Source of the DNA: Mytilus trossulus
Taxonomy: Eukaryota
DNA: 64,000 bases
Assembly: GCF_036588685.1 (NCBI RefSeq)
Contig: NC_086383.1
Coordinates: 71,176,001 to 71,240,000, forward strand
Reading direction: 5' to 3'
Below are positions 20,616-34,692 of this stretch, one piece after another (position 1 is the first letter of the stretch; the number at the start of each line of letters is the position of its first letter). Both the position numbers and the translations under genes were made by a program. The notes beneath the pieces were generated by a model that was not told the DNA's origin, did no database searches, and worked only from the letters and a program-made list of their open reading frames with translations.

Positions 20616-23567
20616 ACTGTTCCAGACTTCAGTCTGCAGAGGCTATTCAGCCACCAAAAGCCCTTTTAAGGGCTACCCAATTTATTCAAAAAGAATCTAC
20701 AATTGTTGTACATTAGTTATCAAACTAAATCTAGCTGAGCCCTACTTTCTCTGAACTTTGCACTGGTCTCTGAAATATTTTTTTGGTCAAATTATTTCCA
20801 TTGTTTGTTTTATTTCACTCCTTATGACTATACTATTTCTAACACCTAAATATGCAGCTGTTGTTTTGGATATTTTTTGTGTAGTTAGGCACCATTAAAG
20901 TTATATCAGTGTATTTTCACGCACTTGTTAGAACTGAATAAAACTTTTTCTAATCAGTTTTCGTTAGAATGACAATCTACGAAAATAGGAAGTCATGCTA
21001 GGGTTTTATTGTGCTCTTTTTTTAGGGGGAAGGGGGTCAAAATCACACAGCTAACCTTCAACCGAAAAATCATTTTTGTCATTATATGAGTTTTTCCATT
21101 TCTCTCTTCTTCTTCGTGTTCAACTTGACTGACATTTTTAGTTGGACTTTTTCTACACGTATGCAAAGTCAAAGGTTGGCTCACTATTTCATATCAACTA
21201 GTCAATGGGGAGGTAACTCTGAAATTAAACTCAGTACTTTTTTTCAGTACTATATAAATAAACTGTTAAAATGTACACAATACAAAAGATGTATAACGTA
21301 TCGTCAAAATCAGATTAGTAGCAAATGAATGCAGTGACGTTTGTCTGTTATATATTTATTTTTTTATTTATTATTTGTCAAAATTACTACAATAATATTG
21401 TGTATTAAAATTTAGAAGGAAACTCTAAAGTACGGAGGTTTTTGTTCAACATTTAACAGTTCTGCAATTATTTTGTCATTTTATTACCTGCGATTTATTA
21501 TGCAAATTTCACTATTCTCTACCTTTCGAATTTCACCTTTGTTTTACTCGTGTATAAAATAAATGCACCTACTTGTTTCTATGTTTCTTTCAAATGGTTG
21601 TCCTGTGATTTTTCTCTTCTTTTTTTCTCTCTGTTATTTAGTGTGTGACGACTTGACTGTATCTTTGCTATGTCTTTTTAATCTGTCGACAGCACGCGAG
21701 GTGAATCAACCCGAAACAATACAGTGACGTCACATGTGACTACTGTGATGAACAAAAACAAGGATGGATGGACGGACAGTGGTACAAAAGTAAGAAAAAG
21801 TTATTTCTCTGATAACAGGTATCGCGTGAATTGTAGGTTCACGGTATAGGTTTTTTTTCTCTCATTTTTGAAGATCATCTATACAGTTGTCTATAATTGC
21901 TTACATCCACTTCATTTGAACTATGGTGGATAGTTGTCTCATTGGCAATCATACCACATCTCCTTCCTTATTTTCATATTGAAATGACAGCACCTTAACG
22001 ACACACACAAACATAGCCTACTAGTATATACGTACATGGGAGACTGAGAAAATCTGTGCTTATTGGAAAATGATAAAAAAAAAAAAAATCTTTAAGGTAT
22101 GCTATGACTAAGCTTAAAATATAAGGTAGATAGGGAGTAGGAAGCACACATATTCTTTTTTTTATTTGGCCTTAATGAAGAAGAAAACCACACACACAGC
22201 ATATTACATCTTGTACTAACATCCATTAAACGCTATGCTAATATGTCTTCAAAAGAGAACCCTATTATATATCCCCCCTTTTTTCTCCGGATTTTGTTTT
22301 TTTGGAAAAAGGGGGAGGGGCTGGCGGTTTAGTTCAATACAGTGGGAAAATGTTTTGCCCAAAGTCCAATGGTTCACACTGATGTGTTTTTGTCCTTCCG
22401 TCTCTTTTTAATCGTCCGTGTCACGGGATGCTGCTTCACCCGTTACCGGTTCTGGGTTCACTTGCATAGCTTATATAGGTATAATGCATATGTATAGCTA
22501 GAGTCTTCACTGTGACACACATTCCCCTTTTTGAGGGGAAATAAATGAACTTTTGTAATTGTCCATTAAGATACAAATGATATGTACCACTTTCGAATTA
22601 TAAAACTACAAAAATCTTCGTGTTTTGTTTTTGTTTTTGTTTGTATCGAAACTTTCAGGCGGCCAGGCCACTTTGAGCTCTGATCATCGGTTATTGATAA
22701 TAAAATTAATTAAATATATTTTGTTGAAAAATATGGTATATTCTATAAGACATATTCGAGTTTTTGACTTGAAAGTGCGCAAATTGTACATGAAAATGGA
22801 AATAAAAGCGAATGTGCATCATACAGAACAGTTGTTCAGTGCCTGAGATCCACTGAAAACAAAGTCGCTCTCTGAAAAGTTCCCAACGCTAAATTAAATA
22901 AAAAGATGTTTCAAATTCGTATTCTAGATATTGGGTTTGTTCATTCGAATCTTGAATGTTTGCGAAATTTCGCTCGGGTTGAATAAAAATGTTATTTGAA
23001 GTTTTAGTAAAAATCTGCAATTAAACAATGGCGCGTGAACTTTTTGTGTGTTTCCCTCTAGCTGGAAACAAACTTATTACGAGGAGGAACATGCTTCCAG
23101 TGAATAAAAACGGAAAGAAACCTAGAGAGAAATGATTTTTCTTCCGCTGTACAATTTTACGACGATAGAATATTTGTGTAATGAGAAAAACTCGTAAATT
23201 TTCTGTCAACATACCTGCGAAGACAATTCAGTCGGTTCTACTTTAACTATTAATATCTTTTTACTGTGTACATCGAAAAATACACAGTTTATCTAACATG
23301 CAAGATTAATGACTGTTGAGCAATTTGGTATGCTATATGTGAATGTTTTTGATAGAATTATACTATAAATTATCATAAAAGTCTTCGAAGAAGCACATAA
23401 TCATTTTACCGAGATCGCGTAATGGATTTTACAAGTTATTTTTAAGGGTGTCTTCGTCGAGGTCCGCGTTCGTCTGTTATAAATAAACGAGGCCTGGAAT
23501 GGCGTTATTTTCAAATCGTTATTCGTAGTATAAACTTCGTAAAGGATAATATTTTGAATCATTCAAA

Positions 23568-24143
23568 ATGGCAGACGCAACAGCAGCACCAGCAGTAGCA
23601 CCAGCTAAATCACCAAAGAAAAAGGCAGCAGCCAAGCCAAAGAAGCCTTCCGCACATCCTAAATACAGCGAGATGATTGGAAAAGCCATCGCCGCTTTGA
23701 AAGAACGTGGAGGTTCCTCAAGGCAAGCAATTCTGAAGTACATCATGGCCAACTTCAACGTCGGAAAAGATGCCAAGTCAGTAAATGCTCATTTAAAACT
23801 TGCACTCAGAGCCGGAGTTAAGAACAACAGTTTGAAGCAGTCCAAGGGAACTGGAGCATCCGGCTCTTTCAGAATTGGAGAGGCTAAAGTGGTTAAAAAG
23901 AAGCCAGCAAAGGCAAAAAAAGCAGCCAAACCTAAGGCCGCCAAGCCTAAGAAGGCAAAGACCACACCCAAGAAAAAGAAGCCAGCAGCAAAGAAACCAG
24001 CTGGAGAGAAAAAGGCGGCCAAACCAAAAGCAAAAAAACCAGCAGCAAAGAAAGCAGCCAAGCCAAAGAAGCCAGCAGCCAAGTCACCAGCCAAAAAGAA
24101 GGCAGCCAAACCAAAAGCCAAGAAGACACCAAAGAAGAAGTAA
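23568..24143 (+). CDS. H1: Histone H1, copy 8
   Basis: 191-aa ORF identical to copy 2. Confidence 0.99.
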   Translation: MADATAAPAVAPAKSPKKKAAAKPKKPSAHPKYSEMIGKAIAALKERGGSSRQAILKYIMANFNVGKDAKSVNAHLKLALRAGVKNNSLKQSKGTGASGSFRIGEAKVVKKKPAKAKKAAKPKAAKPKKAKTTPKKKKPAAKKPAGEKKAAKPKAKKPAAKKAAKPKKPAAKSPAKKKAAKPKAKKTPKKK

Positions 24144-27084
24144 ACTGTTCCAGACTTCAGTCTGCAGAGGCTATTCAGCCACCAAAAGCCCTTTTAAGGG
24201 CTACCCAATTTATTCAAAAAGAATCTACAATTGTTGTACATTAGTTATCAAACTAAATCTAGCTGAGCCCTACTTTCTCTGAACTTTGCACTGGTCTCTG
24301 AAATATTTTTTTGGTCAAATTATTTCCATTGTTTGTTTTATTTCACTCCTTATGACTATACTATTTCTAACACCTAAATATGCAGCTGTTGTTTTGGATA
24401 TTTTTTGTGTAGTTAGGCACCATTAAAGTTATATCAGTGTATTTTCACGCACTTGTTAGAACTGAATAAAACTTTTTCTAATCAGTTTTCGTTAGAATGA
24501 CAATCTACGAAAATAGGAAGTCATGCTAGGGTTTTATTGTGCTCTTTTTTTAGGGGGAAGGGGGGTCAAAATCACACAGCTAACCTTCAACCGAAAAATC
24601 ATTTTTGTCATTATATGAGTTTTTCCATTTCTCTCTTCTTCTTCGTGTTCAACTTGACTGACATTTTTAGTTGGACTTTTTCTACACGTATGCAAAGTCA
24701 AAGGTTGGCTCACTATTTCATATCAACTAGTCAATGGGGAGGTAACTCTGAAATTAAACTCAGTACTTTTTTTCAGTACTATATAAATAAACTGTTAAAA
24801 TGTACACAATACAAAAGATGTATAACGTATCGTCAAAATCAGATTAGTAGCAAATGAATGCAGTGACGTTTGTCTGTTATATATTTATTTTTTTATTTAT
24901 TATTTGTCAAAATTACTACAATAATATTGTGTATTAAAATTTAGAAGGAAACTCTAAAGTACGGAGGTTTTTGTTCAACATTTAACAGTTCTGCAATTAT
25001 TTTGTCATTTTATTACCTGCGATTTATTATGCAAATTTCACTATTCTCTACCTTTCGAATTTCACCTTTGTTTTACTCGTGTATAAAATAAATGCACCTA
25101 CTTGTTTCTATGTTTCTTTCAAATGGTTGTCCTGTGATTTTTCTCTTCTTTTTTCTCTCTGTTATTTAGTGTGTGACGACTTGACTGTATCTTTGCTATG
25201 TCTTTTTAATCTGTCGACAGCACGCGAGGTGAATCAACCCGAAACAATACAGTGACGTCACATGTGACTACTGTGATGAACAAAAACAAGGATGGATGGA
25301 CGGACAGTGGTACAAAAGTAAGAAAAAGTTATTTCTCTGATAACAGGTATCGCGTGAATTGTAGGTTCACGGTATAGGTTTTTTTCTCTCATTTTTGAAG
25401 ATCATCTATACAGTTGTCTATAATTGCTTACATCCACTTCATTTGAACTATGGTGGATAGTTGTCTCATTGGCAATCATACCACATCTCCTTCCTTATTT
25501 TCATATTGAAATGACAGCACCTTAACGACACACACAAACATAGCCTACTAGTATATACGTACATGGGAGACTGAGAAAATCTGTGCCTTATTGGAAAATG
25601 ATAAAAAAAAAAAAATCTTTAAGGTATGCTATGACTAAGCTTAAAATATAAGGTAGATAGGGGAGTAGGAAGCACACATATTCTTTTTTTTATTTGGCCT
25701 TAATGAAGAAGAAAACCACACACACAGCATATTACATCTTGTACTAACATCCATTAAACGCTATGCTAATTATGTCTTCAAAAGATGAACCCTATTATAT
25801 ATCCCCCCCTTTTTTCTCCGGATTTTGTTTTTTTGGAAAAAGGGGGAGGGGCTGGCGGTTTAGTTCAATACAGTGGGAAAATGTTTTGCCCAAAGTCCAA
25901 TGGTTCACACTGATGTGTTTTTTGTCCTTCCGTCTCTTTTTAATCGTCCGTGTCACGGGATGCTGCTTCACCCGTTACCGGTTCTGGGTTCACTTGCATA
26001 GCTTATATAGGTATAATGCATATGTATAGCTAGAGTCTTCACTGTGACACACATTCCCCTTTTTGAGGGGAAATAAATGAACTTTTGTAATTGTCCATTA
26101 AGATACAAATGCATATGTACCACTTTCGAATTATAAAACTACAAAAATCTTCGTGTTTTGCTTTTTGTTTTTGTTTGTATCGAAACTTTCAGGCGGCCAG
26201 GCCACTTTGAGCCTCTGATCATCGGTTATTGATAATAAAATTAATTAAATATATTTTGTTGAAAAAATATGGTATATTCTATAAGACATATTCGAGTTTT
26301 TGACTTGAAAGTGCGCAAATTGTACATGAAAATGGAAATAAAAGCGAATGTGCATCATACAGAACAGTTGTTCAGTGCCTGAGATCCACTGAAAACAAAG
26401 TCGCTCTCTGAAAAGTTCCCAACGCTAAATTAAATAAAAAGATGTTTCAAATTCGTATTCTAGATATTGGGTTTGTTCATTCGAATCTTGAATGTTTGCG
26501 AAATTTCGCTCGGGTTGAATAAAAATGTTATTTGAAGTTTTAGTAAAAATCTGCAATTAAACAATGGCGCGTGAACTTTTTGTGTGTTTCCCTCTAGCTG
26601 GAAAACAAACTTATTACGAGGAGGAACATGCTTCCAGTGAATAAAAACGGAAAGAAACCTAGAGAGAAATGATTTTTCTTCCGCTGTACAATTTTACGAC
26701 GATAGAATATTTGTGTAATGAGAAAAAACTCGTAAATTTTCTGTCAACATACCTGCGAAGACAATTCAGTCGGTTCTACTTTAACTATTAATATCTTTTT
26801 TACTGTGTACATCGAAAAATACACAGTTTATCTAACATGCAAGATTAATGACTGTTGAGCAATTTGGTATGCTATATGTGAATGTTTTTGATAGAATTAT
26901 ACTATAAATTATCATAAAAGTCTTCGAAGAAGCACATAATCATTTTACCGAGATCGCGTAATGGATTTTACAAGTTATTTTTAAGGGTGTCTTCGTCGAG
27001 GTCCGCGTTCGTCTGTTATAAATAAACGAGGCCTGGAATGGCGTTATTTTCAAATCGTTAGGATAATATTTTGAATCATTCAAA

Positions 27085-27660
27085 ATGGCAGACGCAACAG
27101 CAGCACCAGCAGTAGCACCAGCTAAATCACCAAAGAAAAAGGCAGCAGCCAAGCCAAAGAAGCCTTCCGCACATCCTAAATACAGCGAGATGATTGGAAA
27201 AGCCATCGCCGCTTTGAAAGAACGTGGAGGTTCCTCAAGGCAAGCAATTCTGAAGTACATCATGGCCAACTTCAACGTCGGAAAAGATGCCAAGTCAGTA
27301 AATGCTCATTTAAAACTTGCACTCAGAGCCGGAGTTAAGAACAACAGTTTGAAGCAGTCCAAGGGAACTGGAGCATCCGGCTCTTTCAGAATTGGAGAGG
27401 CTAAAGTGGTTAAAAAGAAGCCAGCAAAGGCAAAAAAAGCAGCCAAACCTAAGGCCGCCAAGCCTAAGAAGGCAAAGACCACACCCAAGAAAAAGAAGCC
27501 AGCAGCAAAGAAACCAGCTGGAGAGAAAAAGGCGGCCAAACCAAAAGCAAAAAAACCAGCAGCAAAGAAAGCAGCCAAGCCAAAGAAGCCAGCAGCCAAG
27601 TCACCAGCCAAAAAGAAGGCAGCCAAACCAAAAGCCAAGAAGACACCAAAGAAGAAGTAA
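27085..27660 (+). CDS. H1: Histone H1, copy 9 (22-bp deletion in the 5' leader)
   Basis: 191-aa ORF identical to copy 2. Confidence 0.99.
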   Translation: MADATAAPAVAPAKSPKKKAAAKPKKPSAHPKYSEMIGKAIAALKERGGSSRQAILKYIMANFNVGKDAKSVNAHLKLALRAGVKNNSLKQSKGTGASGSFRIGEAKVVKKKPAKAKKAAKPKAAKPKKAKTTPKKKKPAAKKPAGEKKAAKPKAKKPAAKKAAKPKKPAAKSPAKKKAAKPKAKKTPKKK

Positions 27661-30601
27661 ACTGTTCCAGACTTCAGTCTGCAGAGGCTATTCAGCCACC
27701 AAAAGCCCTTTTAAGGGCTACCCAATTTATTCAAAAAGAATCTACAATTGTTGTACATTAGTTATCAAACTAAATCTAGCTGAGCCCTACTTTCTCTGAA
27801 CTTTGCACTGGTCTCTGAAATATTTTTTGGTCAAATTATTTCCATTGTTTGTTTTATTTCACTCCTTATGACTATACTATTTCTAACACCTAAATATGCA
27901 GCTGTTGTTTTGGATATTTTTTGTGTAGTTAGGCACCATTAAAGTTATATCAGTGTATTTTCACGCACTTGTTAGAACTGAATAAAACTTTTTCTAATCA
28001 GTTTTCGTTAGAATGACAATCTACGAAAATAGGAAGTCATGCTAGGGTTTTATTGTGCTCTTTTTTTAGGGGGAAGGGGGTCAAAATCACACAGCTAACC
28101 TTCAACCGAAAAATCATTTTTGTCATTATATGAGTTTTTCCATTTCTCTCTTCTTCTTCGTGTTCAACTTGACTGACATTTTTAGTTGGACTTTTTCTAC
28201 ACGTATGCAAAGTCAAAGGTTGGCTCACTATTTCATATCAACTAGTCAATGGGGAGGTAACTCTGAAATTAAACTCAGTACTTTTTTTCAGTACTATATA
28301 AATAAACTGTTAAAATGTACACAATACAAAAGATGTATAACGTATCGTCAAAATCAGATTAGTAGCAAATGAATGCAGTGACGTTTGTCTGTTATATATT
28401 TATTTTTTTATTTATTATTTGTCAAAATTACTACAATAATATTGTGTATTAAAATTTAGAAGGAAACTCTAAAGTACGGAGGTTTTTGTTCAACATTTAA
28501 CAGTTCTGCAATTATTTTGTCATTTTATTACCTGCGATTTATTATGCAAATTTCACTATTCTCTACCTTTCGAATTTCACCTTTGTTTTACTCGTGTATA
28601 AAATAAATGCACCTACTTGTTTCTATGTTTCTTTCAAATGGTTGTCCTGTGATTTTTCTCTTCTTTTTTCTCTCTGTTATTTAGTGTGTGACGACTTGAC
28701 TGTATCTTTGCTATGTCTTTTTAATCTGTCGACAGCACGCGAGGTGAATCAACCCGAAACAATACAGTGACGTCACATGTGACTACTGTGATGAACAAAA
28801 ACAAGGATGGATGGACGGACAGTGGTACAAAAGTAAGAAAAAGTTATTTCTCTGATAACAGGTATCGCGTGAATTGTAGGTTCACGGTATAGGTTTTTTT
28901 CTCTCATTTTTGAAGATCATCTATACAGTTGTCTATAATTGCTTACATCCACTTCATTTGAACTATGGTGGATAGTTGTCTCATTGGCAATCATACCACA
29001 TCTCCTTCCTTATTTTCATATTGAAATGACAGCACCTTAACGACACACACAAACATAGCCTACTAGTATATACGTACATGGGAGACTGAGAAAATCTGTG
29101 CTTATTGGAAAATGATAAAAAAAAAAAAATCTTTAAGGTATGCTATGACTAAGCTTAAAATATAAGGTAGATAGGGAGTAGGAAGCACACATATTCTTTT
29201 TTTTATTTGGCCTTAATGAAGAAGAAAACCACACACACAGCATATTACATCTTGTACTAACATCCATTAAACGCTATGCTAATATGTCTTCAAAAGAGAA
29301 CCCTATTATATATCCCCCTTTTTTCTCCGGATTTTGTTTTTTTGGAAAAAGGGGGAGGGGCTGGCGGTTTAGTTCAATACAGTGGGAAAATGTTTTGCCC
29401 AAAGTCCAATGGTTCACACTGATGTGTTTTTGTCCTTCCGTCTCTTTTTAATCGTCCGTGTCACGGGATGCTGCTTCACCCGTTACCGGTTCTGGGTTCA
29501 CTTGCATAGCTTATATAGGTATAATGCATATGTATAGCTAGAGTCTTCACTGTGACACACATTCCCCTTTTTGAGGGGAAATAATGAACTTTTGTAATTG
29601 TCCATTAAGATACAAATGATATGTACCACTTTCGAATTATAAAACTACAAAAATCTTCGTGTTTTGTTTTTGTTTTTGTTTGTATCGAAACTTTCAGGCG
29701 GCCAGGCCACTTTGAGCTCTGATCATCGGTTATTGATAATAAAATTAATTAAATATATTTTGTTGAAAAATATGGTATATTCTATAAGACATATTCGAGT
29801 TTTTGACTTGAAAGTGCGCAAATTGTACATGAAAATGGAATAAAAGCGAATGTGCATCATACAGAACAGTTGTTCAGTGCCTGAGATCCACTGAAAACAA
29901 AGTCGCTCTCTGAAAAGTTCCCAACGCTAAATTAAATAAAAAGATGTTTCAAATTCGTATTCTAGATATTGGGTTTGTTCATTCGAATCTTGAATGTTTG
30001 CGAAATTTCGCTCGGGTTGAATAAAAATGTATTTGAAGTTTTAGTAAAAATCTGCAATTAAACAATGGCGCGTGAACTTTTTGTGTGTTTCCCTCTAGCT
30101 GGAAACAAACTTATTACGAGGAGGAACATGCTTCCAGTGAATAAAAACGGAAAGAAACCTAGAGAGAAATGATTTTTCTTCCGCTGTACAATTTTACGAC
30201 GATAGAATATTTGTGTAATGAGAAAAACTCGTAAATTTTCTGTCAACATACCTGCGAAGACAATTCAGTCGGTTCTACTTTAACTATTAATATCTTTTTA
30301 CTGTGTACATCGAAAAATACACAGTTATCTAACATGCAAGATTAATGACTGTTGAGCAATTTGGTATGCTATATGTGAATGTTTTTGATAGAATTATACT
30401 ATAAATTATCATAAAAGTCTTCGAAGAAGCACATAATCATTTACCGAGATCGCGTAATGGATTTTACAAGTTATTTTAAGGGTGTCTTCGTCGAGGTCCG
30501 CGTTCGTCTGTTATAAATAAACGAGGCCTGGAATGGCGTTATTTTCAAATCGTTATTCGTAGTATAAACTTCGTAAAGGATAATATTTTGAATCATTCAA
30601 A

Positions 30602-31172
30602 ATGGCAGACGCAACAGCAGCACCAGCAGTAGCACCAGCTAAATCACCAAAGAAAAAGGCAGCAGCCAAGCCAAAGAAGCCTTCCGCACATCCTAAATAC
30701 AGCGAGATGATTGGAAAAGCCATCGCCGCTTTGAAAGAACGTGGAGGTTCCTCAAGGCAAGCAATTCTGAAGTACATCATGGCCAACTTCAACGTCGGAA
30801 AAGATGCCAAGTCAGTAAATGCTCATTTAAAACTTGCACTCAGAGCCGGAGTTAAGACAACAGTTTGAAGCAGTCCAAGGGAACTGGAGCATCCGGCTCT
30901 TTCAGAATTGGAGAGGCTAAAGTGGTTAAAAAGAAGCCAGCAAAGGCAAAAAAGCAGCCAAACCTAAGGCCGCCAAGCCTAAGAAGGCAAAGACCACACC
31001 CAAGAAAAGAAGCCAGCAGCAAAGAAACCAGCTGGAGAGAAAAAGGCGGCCAAACCAAAAGCAAAAAAACCAGCAGCAAAGAAAGCAGCCAAGCCAAAGA
31101 AGCCAGCAGCCAAGTCACCAGCCAAAAAGAAGGCAGCCAAACAAAAGCAAGAAGACACCAAAGAAGAAGTAA
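30602..31172 (+). pseudogene. H1: Histone H1, copy 10, frameshifted as assembled (five 1-bp deletions; probably sequencing/consensus errors rather than a true pseudogene)
   Basis: 571 bp instead of 576. Single-base losses near 30857, 30950, 31005, 31142 and 31148, all in short homopolymer runs. The ORF is broken into 88-aa and 148-aa pieces. Confidence 0.75.
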
Positions 31173-34116
31173 ACTGTTCCAGACTTCAGTCTGCAGAGGC
31201 TATTCAGCCACCAAAAGCCCTTTTAAGGGCTACCCAATTTATTCAAAAAGAATCTACAATTGTTGTACATTAGTTATCAAACTAAATCTAGCTGAGCCCT
31301 ACTTTCTCTGACTTTGCACTGGTCTCTGAAATATTTTTTTGGTCAAATTATTTCCATTGTTTGTTTTATTTCACTCCTTATGACTATACTATTTCTAACA
31401 CCTAAATATGCAGCTGTTGTTTTGGATATTTTTTGTGTAGTTAGGCACCATTAAAGTTATATCAGTGTATTTTCACGCACTTGTTAGAACTGAATAAAAC
31501 TTTTTCTAATCAGTTTTCGTTAGAATGACAATCTACGAAAATAGGAAGTCATGCTAGGGTTTTATTGTGCTCTTTTTTTAGGGGGAAGGGGGTCAAAATC
31601 ACACAGCTAACCTTCAACCGAAAAATCATTTTTGTCATTATATGAGTTTTTCCATTTCTCTCTTCTTCTTCGTGTTCAACTTGACTGACATTTTTAGTTG
31701 GACTTTTCTACACGTATGCAAAGTCAAAGGTTGGCTCACTATTTCATATCAACTAGTCAATGGGGAGGTAACTCTGAAATTAAACTCAGTACTTTTTTTC
31801 AGTACTATATAAATAAACTGTTAAAATGTACACAATACAAAAGATGTATAACGTATCGTCAAAATCAGATTAGTAGCAAATGAATGCAGTGACGTTTGTC
31901 TGTTATATATTTATTTTTTTATTTATTATTTGTCAAAATTACTACAATAATATTGTGTATTAAAATTTAGAAGGAAACTCTAAAGTACGGAGGTTTTTGT
32001 TCAACATTTAACAGTTCTGCAATTATTTTGTCATTTTATTACCTGCGATTTATTATGCAAATTTCACTATTCTCTACCTTTCGAATTTCACCTTTGTTTT
32101 ACTCGTGTATAAAATAAATGCACCTACTTGTTTCTATGTTTCTTTCAAATGGTTGTCCTGTGATTTTTCTCTTCTTTTTTCTCTCTGTTATTTAGTGTGT
32201 GACGACTTGACTGTATCTTTGCTATGTCTTTTTAATCTGTCGACAGCACGCGAGGTGAATCAACCCGAAACAATACAGTGACGTCACATGTGACTACTGT
32301 GATGAACAAAAACAAGGATGGATGGACGGACAGTGGTACAAAAGTAGAAAAAGTTATTTCTCTGATAACAGGTATCGCGTGAATTGTAGGTCACGGTATA
32401 GGTTTTTTTCTCTCATTTTTGAAGATCATCTATACAGTTGTCTATAATTGCTTACATCCACTTCATTTGAACTATGGTGGATAGTTGTCTCATTGGCAAT
32501 CATACCACATCTCCTTCCTTATTTTCATATTGAAATGACAGCACCTTAACGACACACACAAACATAGCCTACTAGTATATACGTACATGGAGACTGAGAA
32601 AATCTGTGCTTATTGGAAAATGATAAAAAAAAAAAAAATCTTTAAGGTATGCTATGACTAAGCTTAAAATATAAGGTAGATAGGGAGTAGGAAGCACACA
32701 TATTCTTTTTTTTATTTGGCCTTAATGAAGAAGAAAACCACACACACAGCATATTACATCTTGTACTAACATCCATTAAACGCTATGCTAATATGTCTTC
32801 AAAAGAGAACCCTATTATATATCCCCCCTTTTTTCTCCGGATTTTGTTTTTTTGGAAAAAGGGGAGGGGCTGGCGGTTTAGTTCAATACAGTGGGAAAAT
32901 GTTTTGCCCAAAGTCCAATGGTTCACACTGATGTGTTTTTGTCCTTCCGTCTCTTTTTAATCGTCCGTGTCACGGGATGCTGCTTCACCCGTTACCGGTT
33001 CTGGGTTCACTTGCATAGCTTATATAGGTATAATGCATATGTATAGCTAGAGTCTTCACTGTGACACACATTCCCCTTTTTGAGGGGAAATAAATGAACT
33101 TTTGTAATTGTCCATTAAGATACAAATGATATGTACCACTTTCGAATTATAAAACTACAAAAATCTTCGTGTTTTGTTTTTGTTTTTGTTTGTATCGAAA
33201 CTTTCAGGCGGCCAGGCCACTTTGAGCTCTGATCATCGGTTATTGATAATAAAATTAATTAAATATATTTTGTTGAAAAATATGGTATATTCTATAAGAC
33301 ATATTCGAGTTTTTGACTTGAAAGTGCGCAAATTGTACATGAAAATGGAAATAAAAGCGAATGTGCATCATACAGAACAGTTGTTCAGTGCCTGAGATCC
33401 ACTGAAAACAAAGTCGCTCTCTGAAAAGTTCCCAACGCTAAATTAAATAAAAAGATGTTTCAAATTCGTATTCTAGATATTGGGTTTGTTCATTCGAATC
33501 TTGAATGTTTGCGAAATTTCGCTCGGGTTGAATAAAAATGTTATTTGAAGTTTTAGTAAAAATCTGCAATTAAACAATGGCGCGTGAACTTTTTGTGTGT
33601 TTCCCTCTAGCTGGAAACAAACTTATTACGAGGAGGAACATGCTTCCAGTGAATAAAAACGGAAAGAAACCTAGAGAGAAATGATTTTTCTTCCGCTGTA
33701 CAATTTTACGACGATAGAATATTTGTGTAATGAGAAAAACTCGTAAATTTTCTGTCAACATACCTGCGAAGACAATTCAGTCGGTTCTACTTTAACTATT
33801 AATATCTTTTTACTGTGTACATCGAAAAATACACAGTTTATCTAACATGCAAGATTAATGACTGTTGAGCAATTTGGTATGCTATATGTGAATGTTTTTG
33901 ATAGAATTTATACTATAAATTATCATAAAAGTCTTCGAAGAAGCACATAATCATTTTACCGAGATCGCGTAATGGATTTTACAAGTTATTTTTAAGGGTG
34001 TCTTCGTCGAGGTCCGCGTTCGTCTGTTATAAATAAACGAGGCCTGGAATGGCGTTATTTCAAATCGTTATTCGTAGTATAAACTTCGTAAAGGATAATA
34101 TTTTGAATCATTCAAA

Positions 34117-34692
34117 ATGGCAGACGCAACAGCAGCACCAGCAGTAGCACCAGCTAAATCACCAAAGAAAAAGGCAGCAGCCAAGCCAAAGAAGCCTTCC
34201 GCACATCCTAAATACAGCGAGATGATTGGAAAAGCCATCGCCGCTTTGAAAGAACGTGGAGGTTCCTCAAGGCAAGCAATTCTGAAGTACATCATGGCCA
34301 ACTTCAACGTCGGAAAAGATGCCAAGTCAGTAAATGCTCATTTAAAACTTGCACTCAGAGCCGGAGTTAAGAACAACAGTTTGAAGCAGTCCAAGGGAAC
34401 TGGAGCATCCGGCTCTTTCAGAATTGGAGAGGCTAAAGTGGTTAAAAAGAAGCCAGCAAAGGCAAAAAAAGCAGCCAAACCTAAGGCCGCCAAGCCTAAG
34501 AAGGCAAAGACCACACCCAAGAAAAAGAAGCCAGCAGCAAAGAAACCAGCTGGAGAGAAAAAGGCGGCCAAACCAAAAGCAAAAAAACCAGCAGCAAAGA
34601 AAGCAGCCAAGCCAAAGAAGCCAGCAGCCAAGTCACCAGCCAAAAAGAAGGCAGCCAAACCAAAAGCCAAGAAGACACCAAAGAAGAAGTAA
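34117..34692 (+). CDS. H1: Histone H1, copy 11
   Basis: 191-aa ORF identical to copy 2. Confidence 0.99.
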   Translation: MADATAAPAVAPAKSPKKKAAAKPKKPSAHPKYSEMIGKAIAALKERGGSSRQAILKYIMANFNVGKDAKSVNAHLKLALRAGVKNNSLKQSKGTGASGSFRIGEAKVVKKKPAKAKKAAKPKAAKPKKAKTTPKKKKPAAKKPAGEKKAAKPKAKKPAAKKAAKPKKPAAKSPAKKKAAKPKAKKTPKKK

